64,000 nt of DNA from an uncultured Gemmatimonadales bacterium (GTDB lineage Bacteria > Gemmatimonadota > Gemmatimonadetes > Gemmatimonadales > GWC2-71-9): positions 1,350,791-1,414,790 of the forward strand of contig CAVQSR010000001.1 in assembly GCA_963716055.1 (NCBI GenBank), written 5' to 3'. Under the pieces are notes generated by a model. That model ran no database searches. It was not told where the DNA came from and saw only the letters and a list, made by a program, of their open reading frames with translations. Below, piece after piece: positions 7,215 through 15,277 of the stretch; within the stretch, counting starts at the first letter, position 1, and the number at the start of each line of letters is the position of its first letter. Position numbers and translations under genes: made by a program.

Positions 7215-8270
7215 TCAGGCGCGGCCGACCTCGGGCCTACCGCTCAGGTCGGGATGGTGATCTCGCAGCCACGCGACCGAGTCCGATAGCGTCACGCGGC
7301 CGTCGCGGCTGCGATAGTCGAGCTCCGCCGCGGCGTAGCGCGACGTCACGGCCCAGTGGTGCCGCGCCATCTCGATCACGACCGGGTCGGGCAGAGCGGA
7401 CGTCGGTCGCCCGACGAGCCGGCTGAGCCGGTCCGCCAGCGCCGCGAGCGCCCACGCGAGGTGGTAGGGCAGCACGCGCCGCGGCGCCGGCAGGCCCGCT
7501 ACGTCTCCCGCCAGGGCGAAGAACTCCTCCACGCCGCACACCGTGCCCGGCAGGTGGTACACCGGCCGGGCCGCGGGCCGCTCCATGATGCGCACGAGCG
7601 CCGCGGCCACGTCGCGCACGTCGGCGAAGTGCATCCCGCCGCGAATCACGAACGGGAGCCGGCCCCGCAGGTAGCGCACCAGGTGTCCCGTGGAGCGGAA
7701 GCGGTGGTCACCCGGTCCGAGCAGCATCGGTGGGCGCACGATCACGAGGTCCACGCCCAGCTCCTCCGCCAACGCCCGCGCCCCGCGCTCCGCCAGGATC
7801 TTCGAGTGGTAATAGGGCCAGCGGGCGACGCGCTCCTCGCAATAGGGCGCGTCCTCGTCCGCCCACTCGGCGGCGCCGCGAAAGCAGCCGACGGTCCCGG
7901 TGCTCGACACGACCACCAGCCGGCAGCGATGGACCGCGGCGAGGCGCACCGCCGCGCGCGTGCCCGCGACGTTGGTGTGGTACATGTCGCCCGGCTCGCG
8001 CCGGCTGTGGCGGACGACGGCCGCCAGGTGGAAGATGCCGCCGAGGCCGTGCACGCCGGCGTCCGCCGACCACGCCTCGGGTTCCGTGACGGATCCCGCG
8101 AGCACCGTGACCGCGGCGAGTGGTCGCGTCCACTCCATCCGGTGCCAGGCGTCGGGGGAGCGCGCGAGCGCGATCACGCGACGCTGAGGGTCGCCGCGCC
8201 GGAGGGTGAGCAGCAGGTGGCGTCCGAGGAAGCCACCGGCGCCGGTGACGAGATACGGACCGTCGGTCAG
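7215..8270 (-). CDS. NAD-dependent epimerase/dehydratase-family SDR (candidate acyl/alkyl-DHAP reductase)
   Basis: C-terminal 351 aa of ORF 7215..9689: YLVTGAGGFLGRHL (Rossmann GxxGxxG), YYHSKILAE (YxxxK). The upstream part of that ORF is R/P/A junk antisense-overlapping the next gene. Start is uncertain: only CTG 8270 sits next to the upstream stop, with no ATG/GTG/TTG nearby. Confidence 0.75.
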   Translation of the reverse strand: MTDGPYLVTGAGGFLGRHLLLTLRRGDPQRRVIALARSPDAWHRMEWTRPLAAVTVLAGSVTEPEAWSADAGVHGLGGIFHLAAVVRHSRREPGDMYHTNVAGTRAAVRLAAVHRCRLVVVSSTGTVGCFRGAAEWADEDAPYCEERVARWPYYHSKILAERGARALAEELGVDLVIVRPPMLLGPGDHRFRSTGHLVRYLRGRLPFVIRGGMHFADVRDVAAALVRIMERPAARPVYHLPGTVCGVEEFFALAGDVAGLPAPRRVLPYHLAWALAALADRLSRLVGRPTSALPDPVVIEMARHHWAVTSRYAAAELDYRSRDGRVTLSDSVAWLRDHHPDLSGRPEVGRA

Positions 8271-10630
8271 GCCACGGGCTCCGGGGCGCGCCCGGGATCG
8301 CCCACGGCATGGCCGGGCGCGGCGCGCAGCGCCCCGAGCCGCTGCTCGAGCGGCTCGTCCCCCGCACCCGTCTCGAACAGGTGGGCGAACTGGTTCCCGA
8401 GCGAGCGCGCGATCTCCGGATCGAGGTCGGGGGGCAGACTCAACGCGCTTTCGAGCACCCGCCCGCCGCGCTGCTCGATCGCGCGGCGGAGCCATGCCGC
8501 ATCGACGCCGGGGACCGGATGCCGGTCGAGGAAGCCTCGCAGGTGGTACGTCGTCGTGACGGTGGCGCGCGCCAGGCGCGCGAGCACCTCCTGGCTCGCG
8601 GCGTAGACGTCGTCCGCTGGGTCGAGCGGAATCGGAGCGCCGCAGGCGATGTGGATCCGTCCCAGATCGATCCGGCCGAGGAACACGCGCACCGTCCAGG
8701 CGAGCAGCGCGCCGAGGCGCATCTTCGGCTTCGGCGCCCCGGCCAGCTCGCGGGCGAAGCTCGCTTCTTCGGGCACGCGCTCGTAGGACAGCGCCACCGG
8801 GAGCAGCGCGCAGGGCTCGCCCGTGGCTTGCACCGAGCGCAGCAGGCCGCGCTTGGGCGGCAGGAACCGGCGCGAGCGGCTCCGCTGTCCCTCGATGAAC
8901 ACCTCGAGCGCCCGGCGCTCGCGCACGAGCGCGCGCACCCGGGCCGTCACGGCCGGGTCCTCGCGCCCCTCCCCCCGGGTCACGTAGAACGCCTGCAGGC
9001 GGGTGGCGAGCCACCCCACGACGGGAATACGCGCGAAGTCGACGGCCGCGGCCACGTAGGGAATGGGGACGCCGAGGTCGCGCCGCGCGAAGAAGAGATA
9101 GGAGCACAGGATGAAATCGAGATAGCTGCGGTGCGACGGCACGATCACGAGCGGGCAGTCCGGGGGCACGGCCCGGCGGGCTGCTTCGAACGACGGCAGG
9201 TCCACCGTGATTCGCTCGCAGCAGCGGCGCAGCACCTTCGTCACGAGCCAGGCCGCGGCGCGGAGCAGGCCGGTCCCGTCGGGTTGCCGTCGGGCCCAGC
9301 GCAGGTCGCCGCCGTGGCCCGGATGGCGCCGGCCGGCGAGGCACCACTGCGTGTCGTCGCGCCGCAGAAGGTACCGATACACCCCGCGGCTCACCGTGGC
9401 GACGTACCCCCCGGGATCGAACCCCGCGTCGAGCGGTGCCGCCGAGCGGAAGTCGAAGGTATGCCGGGTGAAGTAGCGAAACACGCGGTTGGCGTGGGTG
9501 AGGCGCGCCCGCAGCTGGGCGGCCGCGCGGCGCGCGCGCGGCGTGCGCATCCCGGCCGCCGCGATGGGCAGCCGGTGGTGCATCGCGTCCGCGACGCCGA
9601 AGGCCAATCCCGGCGGCCCGAGGTAGCGCATGGCGGGCGGCCGCTCGACGGGATGCACGGCGAAGAAATCCTGGATGCGCGTCCAGCATTCCCGCACGGT
9701 GGCGCTGCGCGCGACGCCCGCCACCGCGTGCTGAATCAACGGCTCGCTCCCGGCGGGAGGCGCTCCGTTACAGGCGAGCAGGATGCGGGTGGCCACTTCG
9801 TCCACCGGGATCAGGTCGAGGCGCGCGTCGGGGTCGCCCACCACGGCGCGCAGGTGCCCCGATCCCAGCAGCATCACGAAGGTGGCGAACCCGGCCGCGC
9901 TGTCGATCCACCCGGGAAAGGGATAGCGCCAGCTCGCCGAAATGATGCTGGGGCGCACGATCGCGAGCGGCACCCCGCCGCTCCGCGCCACCAGCAGATG
10001 CTCGGCCAGGGACTTGGTGAACGTGTAGGTGTTCGGGTGACCGGAGCGCCGGAACAGCTCGGCGGCGCGGGCGCCGCCGTTCAGGATGTCCCCGTAGAGC
10101 TCCTCGGCGGGCGCCGGGAGCGGCGCGAGCGTTTCGCCGGCGGACGTGTGCGCCCCGGCGGCGGGCGTCACGTACGCGGTCGACACGTACACGAGCCGCT
10201 CGAGTCCGGCGCACGCCCGCGCCAACTCGAGCAGGTTGAGGCTCGCGGCCACGTTCCACCGCGCGGCGTCGGCCAGCGGATGATCGAACTCCACCGAGGC
10301 AGCGGCGTGGAGCGCGTGGGTGGTCGTGCCCGTGATCGCGTCCCGCGCCGCGGGGTCGAGAGCGAGACCCGGGTGCTCGAGGGTGCCCTCGACCACCCGA
10401 ACCAACCGGGTCCAGTCCCGCGGCAGCCCGACGAAGCACGCCGAGGGGGCCACCTCGCGGCGGAACCGCTCGTCGGCGCCGCGCGCACCCTTGCGGCGGA
10501 TCACCACGGTCACCTGGGTGGTCTCGAGCTCGTCGCGCCGGCGCAGTAGCTCCTCGAGCAGCACCTTTCCCAGGAAGCCCGTGACGCCCGTCAGCAGATA
10601 GGCCCGCCCCGCGCCTCCCCCCTCCCGCAT
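8267..10630 (-). CDS. Fusion protein: fatty acyl-CoA reductase (FAR) domain + PlsB/GNPAT-type acyltransferase (DHAPAT-like) domain, 787 aa
   Basis: From internal ATG 10630 (MREGGGAGRAYLLTGVTGFLGKVLLEELL). FAR motifs TGxTGFLGK and NTYTFTKSLAE. C-terminal half has acyltransferase blocks VPSHRSYLDFIL (HxxxxD) and FIEGQRSRSRRFLPPKRG. Confidence 0.85.
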   Translation of the reverse strand: MREGGGAGRAYLLTGVTGFLGKVLLEELLRRRDELETTQVTVVIRRKGARGADERFRREVAPSACFVGLPRDWTRLVRVVEGTLEHPGLALDPAARDAITGTTTHALHAAASVEFDHPLADAARWNVAASLNLLELARACAGLERLVYVSTAYVTPAAGAHTSAGETLAPLPAPAEELYGDILNGGARAAELFRRSGHPNTYTFTKSLAEHLLVARSGGVPLAIVRPSIISASWRYPFPGWIDSAAGFATFVMLLGSGHLRAVVGDPDARLDLIPVDEVATRILLACNGAPPAGSEPLIQHAVAGVARSATVRECWTRIQDFFAVHPVERPPAMRYLGPPGLAFGVADAMHHRLPIAAAGMRTPRARRAAAQLRARLTHANRVFRYFTRHTFDFRSAAPLDAGFDPGGYVATVSRGVYRYLLRRDDTQWCLAGRRHPGHGGDLRWARRQPDGTGLLRAAAWLVTKVLRRCCERITVDLPSFEAARRAVPPDCPLVIVPSHRSYLDFILCSYLFFARRDLGVPIPYVAAAVDFARIPVVGWLATRLQAFYVTRGEGREDPAVTARVRALVRERRALEVFIEGQRSRSRRFLPPKRGLLRSVQATGEPCALLPVALSYERVPEEASFARELAGAPKPKMRLGALLAWTVRVFLGRIDLGRIHIACGAPIPLDPADDVYAASQEVLARLARATVTTTYHLRGFLDRHPVPGVDAAWLRRAIEQRGGRVLESALSLPPDLDPEIARSLGNQFAHLFETGAGDEPLEQRLGALRAAPGHAVGDPGRAPEPVA

Positions 10631-10646
10631 GCGATTCACGGCGCTC

Positions 10647-12462
10647 TCAGGACCGGAGCCGCGCGGCCGGCGGTCCGGCCACCAGCTGATTGCCGGCTCC
10701 GAAGACGTTGGCCGGATCGATCGCCCGCTTGACCTCCGCGGCCCACTCGAGGGCGGCGGGCGACATGATGCGGGGCAGGAACGCACGCCGCAGCTTGCCG
10801 ACGCCGTGGTGGTGCGAGAGCGATCCGCCGGAGTGCAGAATCTCGTCGCGAGCCGACCGCTCGAGTTCGGCGAAGACCGCGCTCGGCTGCTCCACTCCCT
10901 TGTGGTAGAACGCCAGGTAGAAATAGACGCACACGCCCGTCTGGTAGACCTGCGTCACCCGGCAGCTGATGAAAGGTGTACCGGGCAGGCCGCGCGCCGC
11001 GTGCTCGGCGGCGATCCGCCGCTTCACGTTGTCGCACAACGACAATGCCTGGCTCCACGGCACCGACGTCTCGAACGACTCGCCCAGGATGTAATGCCGC
11101 ATGACGAAGTCGCGGATGTAGGCGATGCCGAAGGTCAGCTGGTACCCGCGGCGCCCGTTCTCCGCGCCCGCGCCCATGCCGCCGTGGCGCCGCGCGAGGC
11201 GGCTCACGGCGCGCCGCTCGGTCCGGACCTCGTCGGCGGCCGCCTTCGAAGACCAGCGTGCAGGCGACCATGCGGTCCGGATCGAAGCCGCGCAGCCGCG
11301 TGACGAAGAACTTCTCGGCCTGCCGCTTGAGCGCCGCCAGGCCCTCGGCCGGGCTTGAGCGTCATGCTCAGCTGGAACTGGAGGTTGTCCACCAGCCGCA
11401 CGCTGGCGGGCGGCGTCGCCTCCCGCGTGAGATCGTACAGAAAGCCGACGCCCGCCTCGAAGGACGGGAAGATGAGCGAGTCGTAGCGCGTGACCTCGGG
11501 CAGCGGGAAGATCTTCACCACCGCCCGGGTGATGATGCCGAGGGTGCCCTCGGAGCCGAAGATCCAGCGCCGCGCGTCGACGCCGACCGACTCGCGCGGC
11601 GCGACCGCGGGTCGCGACACCGGGCCGCGCGCCGTGACCACGTCGACGTCCAGCACCAGGTCCTCGATGTTGCCGTAGCGGTTCTTCTTCATGCCGCTGC
11701 AGTGGGTCGCGATCCAGCCGCCCAGCGTCGAGAACTCGACGCTGTCGGGCTCGTGGCCCAGGGTGAAGCCGTGGGCCCCGAGCTGCTCCTCGATGTGGCG
11801 CCCCACGGCGCCCGCCTCGATGCAGGCCATGAGGTTCGTCGGGTCGATCCACAGGATCCGGTTCAGCCGTTCGCATGTCCACCGACACGATCGTCCGCTC
11901 CTCGTCGCTCGGGCAGCGGAGCGCGTCGGTGACGTTCGTGCCGCCGCCGTAGGGCACGAGGCAGACGTCGTGGCGCGCCGCCGCCTCCACCAGCGCGACG
12001 ACGTCGTCCTCGGTGCGGGGGTACACCACGAGATCGGGCAGCCGTTCGAGGCGCCCGTACTTGATGAGCGTACATCTCCTCCAGCGTGTGGCCGTGGCCG
12101 TGGCGCAGGCGGATCGCGGCGTCGGTGGTGACGGCGTCCGCGGTCAGGAAGGTCCGCAGCTCCGCCACGAACAGCGGGTGCGCGCGCGGCGCGGGCACGT
12201 CCGGGGGATACGCGGAGTCGTGCGTGTCGCGGGGATCGAGCGCGACCCCGAGGACGCGGCTGGTCCACGGGAGCAGATCGGGCAATTCGGCGCCGCTCAA
12301 GGGGTAGCGGGAGCCCGTCAGCGTGACGTGCCCGTTGGGCAGCACCGTGAATGCCGAGTCGCGAAAGCCCCACACGTCGAGGCTTTCCTCGTCGCCGGCG
12401 TGGTGGGGCGGATCGCCCGGCACGATGCGGTCATCGGCGTCGAGCGCGAAGCGGGGGGCCAT
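10647..12462 (-). pseudogene. Alkyldihydroxyacetonephosphate synthase (AGPS, FAD-linked oxidase) interrupted by four frameshifts
   Basis: Homology runs through four track ORFs in three frames. 12462->~12066: WGFRDSAF..GHTLEEMY. ~12066->~11872: IKYGRLERLPDLVVYPRTEDDVV..PYGGGTNV. ~11870->~11350: LNRILWIDPTNLMACIEAG..GWIATHCSGMKKNRYGNIEDL. ~11350->~11240: EGLAALKRQAEKFFVTRLRGFDPDRMVACTLVFEG. ~11240->10647: AADEVR..GYQLTFGIAYIRDF..HHHGVGK. Length is 1816 nt, not a multiple of 3. Confidence 0.8.
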
Positions 12463-12664
12463 GGAACGCTCCGGGTAGCGGCGCGGTAACGATACAGGCA
12501 GGGGGCGGGGCAGGCCAGCGCGGCGCGCGGAGGCAGGGATTGCCGAAGAACCGCCGAAAGGCGGCTATCCGGGACGCGCAAAGGTGTGCCGACATCTCCG
12601 TTTCCGGACGAGTCCGCTCTGTCCGTCGCAGACCGCCTCCGACCGCCATCTTTTCGACCGCGTC

Positions 12665-13702
12665 TCAAAACCCCGGCAGTGCCACCATCCCCACCGGCTC
12701 CCCCGCGTTCATCGCCGGCGTGGGGACCACGTACATCATGACGCCGCCGATCGGTGCCCGCAGCACCGCCAGAGTGTCGCCGAAGAAGTCCGTGACGGCG
12801 CCCAGCGTCGCCCCCGCCGCGACGGCCTGACCCTCGACGACCTGGGGATACCACAGGCCGGTGACCGGGCTGCGGACGACCTCGGTGCGCGCGAACTCCA
12901 CGGCAGCGGGCAGCGGGTCGGGATCGCCCGGCAGCATGCGCAGATACCGCAGCAGGCGAAACACCCCGCGCAGGTTGTGCTGGACCATGTCTTCGTCCGC
13001 CAGGCCCAGGAATCCCGCCTCGCTCGTGATGGCTGGCGTGCCGCGCAGGTGCGCGGTGTTCTGGGTGTACACCCCGATGCGCAAATCCGGCGGGCGTAGC
13101 GTGTCGATCACGATGCGGGTGTGGCCCCAGGCGAGCGCCAGCTCGCGCGCCAGTGAATCGGCGCGCGCATCGAGTCCGAGCCGGGCGGCGTAGGCGTAGG
13201 GGCGCAGCATCTCGTTGCCATCCCCCGAGTGCATGTCCACCAGATAATCGGCCCGGTCGATGATCGCGGTCGTGATCGCCTGCGCGATGCGCTCGGAGAC
13301 GGTACCGTCGGCGCGGCCCGGATACATCCGGTTCAGGTTCTTCCCGTCGATCGGGCTGTAATAGACCGTCCGCTTGAGAAAGGACGGCAGGTTGGCCACG
13401 TGCACCATGAGCACGGTGCCGGAGAGCGCCGCCGGATCGAGCTGCGCCCGGGCGCGCTGGAGTGCCACGATCGGAGCGACCTCGGCACCGTGCGTGCCCG
13501 CGATCAGCGCGAGCGTGGGCCCGGGCCGCGCGCCCCGGATCACGGTGATGGGGATGCGCGTGCCGGAATCGGCGCCGGCCGGCACGACGAGATACCCTGA
13601 GACTTTTTCTCCCGCGCGCGCCGTGACCGGGCCGACGGTGAGCGGCGCGGGCTGCTGCAGCGTCATGGCGAGCGTGAGGGCGGTCAGCGTGAGCACGGGC
13701 AT
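12665..13702 (-). CDS. Succinylglutamate desuccinylase/aspartoacylase (AstE/AspA, M14-like) family protein, secreted
   Basis: Start reset to ATG 13702, preceded by AGGAGA. Signal-like MPVLTLTALTLAMTLQ. Family-typical GTHGAEVAP, NLNRMYPG and DMHSGD motifs. Confidence 0.8.
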   Translation of the reverse strand: MPVLTLTALTLAMTLQQPAPLTVGPVTARAGEKVSGYLVVPAGADSGTRIPITVIRGARPGPTLALIAGTHGAEVAPIVALQRARAQLDPAALSGTVLMVHVANLPSFLKRTVYYSPIDGKNLNRMYPGRADGTVSERIAQAITTAIIDRADYLVDMHSGDGNEMLRPYAYAARLGLDARADSLARELALAWGHTRIVIDTLRPPDLRIGVYTQNTAHLRGTPAITSEAGFLGLADEDMVQHNLRGVFRLLRYLRMLPGDPDPLPAAVEFARTEVVRSPVTGLWYPQVVEGQAVAAGATLGAVTDFFGDTLAVLRAPIGGVMMYVVPTPAMNAGEPVGMVALPGF

Positions 13703-13933
13703 TCTCCTGAGCGGGAAGGAAGCCGCGGCCAATCTACGCCGGCGCCGCGGGCGCGCGAGCGCCGCGCCTCGTCCATCATCCTCACGACTGTCACCGACAT
13801 CGTGGGGTTCCTGAGCTTCCTCGGCTTGGCGACGGCCGCGGCGGGCGTGTTGTGACCGGCCGGCCGCGTTTGCGCCGGGCACGATCGCGGCCTATGATTC
13901 GCCCAACCCCCTACTCGTTTCCCCGGAGGCCGA

Positions 13934-15220
13934 ATGTTCCGACGCGCGATCCCGGCGCTCGTCGTCGCCGCGACCCTGTCATCCGCGCCACTCGGTGCCC
14001 AGAATCTGCAGGACGAGATCGGGCAGCTGTTCAGCTTCGGGACTTGCGGCGCGCCGCTGTGCCTCGAGGGCGCGCTGCTGGGCCACGGGAATCACTTCGT
14101 TCCCGCCACGGTGGCCGGCACCGGCAGCATGATCTCGTTCGTCACCAACGCGATCGGCACGGCCGTGGGCGAGCTGCCGCTGAGCGCCTCGTCGGGCGGC
14201 ACCAGCTTCCGGTTCGAGGGCGGTATCCCCGTCGCGACCACCACGTCGGCCGGCCCGATCTTCGCGGAGCGCGCCCAGACGCTCGGGCGCGGCCGGTTTT
14301 TCCTCGGCCTCAACGTCACCGGGCAGCAATTCTCCCGCCTGCGCGGCGTGCCCATGGAGAATCTGCGGTTCAATTTCGCGCACGAGGACACCGACCCGGC
14401 CGACTCGCTCGGCGAGCCCGTGTTCGAGAACGAGCTGATCACCGTACAGGCCGCGCTGAACGTCAATCTCCTCGTCACCACCGCGTTCGCGAGCTGGGGC
14501 ATCGTGGATGGTGTGGATATCGGGGTCGCCGTGCCGCTGGTCCACACGTCCCTGACCGGTACGAGTGTGGCGCAGATCCTGCCGTTCGGCGCCGGCACGC
14601 CGCACCGCTTCGGCACCGACGTGAACGGCGACCCGATCCTCACGGCCGTGTCGAGCGCCGACGCGTCGGCCACGGGAATCGGTGACATCGCCGCCCGCGT
14701 CAAGATCAACATCGCCCAGACGAGCACGGTCGGCGTGTCGGTGCTGGCGGACGCCCGATTTCCCACGGGGGACGAGAAGAACCTGCTCGGGGCCGGAGCC
14801 TTCTCGGGGCGCGGATTCGGCATCCTGTCGCTGCGGTTCGGCGGATTCTCCCCGCACGCGAACGTGGGCTACGTGTTCCGCGACGATTCCCTACAGAGCG
14901 ACGGGATCCTCGCCGTCGCCGGCTTCGATCACCTCCTCGCCTCGTGGGCGACGTTCGCGCTGGACTTCCTCTCGGAGTGGCAGGTGGGCGGCGCGAAACT
15001 CCAGGTGCCGCCCCCCATCGTGTACGACACGCCCTACCGCCGGACGGTGGCCTCCACCGACATCCCGAACCAGCGGGACAACATCCTGGCGGCGTCCGTC
15101 GGGATCAAGTTCACCACCACGCGCGGCATGACGATCGTGGCCAACACGCTGTTCCCGCTGAAGGACGCCGGCGTGCAATCGGCGGTGGTGTGGGCGATGG
15201 GGCTGGAGTACAACTTCTAG
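13934..15220 (+). CDS. Outer-membrane beta-barrel protein (MetA/phenol-degradation-like transporter family, tentative)
   Basis: Signal peptide MFRRAIPALVVAATLSSAPLGAQ. Alternating beta-strand pattern and C-terminal ...GLEYNF aromatic terminus. Confidence 0.65.
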   Translation: MFRRAIPALVVAATLSSAPLGAQNLQDEIGQLFSFGTCGAPLCLEGALLGHGNHFVPATVAGTGSMISFVTNAIGTAVGELPLSASSGGTSFRFEGGIPVATTTSAGPIFAERAQTLGRGRFFLGLNVTGQQFSRLRGVPMENLRFNFAHEDTDPADSLGEPVFENELITVQAALNVNLLVTTAFASWGIVDGVDIGVAVPLVHTSLTGTSVAQILPFGAGTPHRFGTDVNGDPILTAVSSADASATGIGDIAARVKINIAQTSTVGVSVLADARFPTGDEKNLLGAGAFSGRGFGILSLRFGGFSPHANVGYVFRDDSLQSDGILAVAGFDHLLASWATFALDFLSEWQVGGAKLQVPPPIVYDTPYRRTVASTDIPNQRDNILAASVGIKFTTTRGMTIVANTLFPLKDAGVQSAVVWAMGLEYNF

Positions 15221-15224
15221 AACA

Positions 15225-15260
15225 GACGGACGAGACGGACGAGACGGACGAGACGGATGG
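15225..15260. repeat. 9-bp tandem repeat GACGGACGA x3 plus one degenerate copy (GACGGATGG)
   Basis: Read directly between convergent stops 15220 (+) and 15278 (-). Followed by the imperfectly complementary TGTCCGCCTCGTCCGCCTC at 15261-15279. Confidence 0.9.
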
Positions 15261-15277
15261 TGTCCGCCTCGTCCGCC

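Noticed and set aside
8271-9689. N-terminal about 470 aa of the 824-aa ORF 7215..9689
   Set aside because: Arg/Pro/Ala junk that overlaps the FAR-DHAPAT gene out of frame. Only the C-terminal SDR part has domain signatures.
8309-10549. 746-aa plus-strand ORF
   Set aside because: Antisense to the FAR-DHAPAT gene. The composition is dominated by R, G, A, E and H, and no motifs are present. This is a typical stop-free antisense frame in about 70% GC DNA.
12545-12570. Small GNRA-type hairpin CCGCC-GAAA-GGCGG between the AstE-like gene and AGPS
   Set aside because: Only a 5-bp stem, about 100 nt from the nearest stop. It could be chance in GC-rich DNA.
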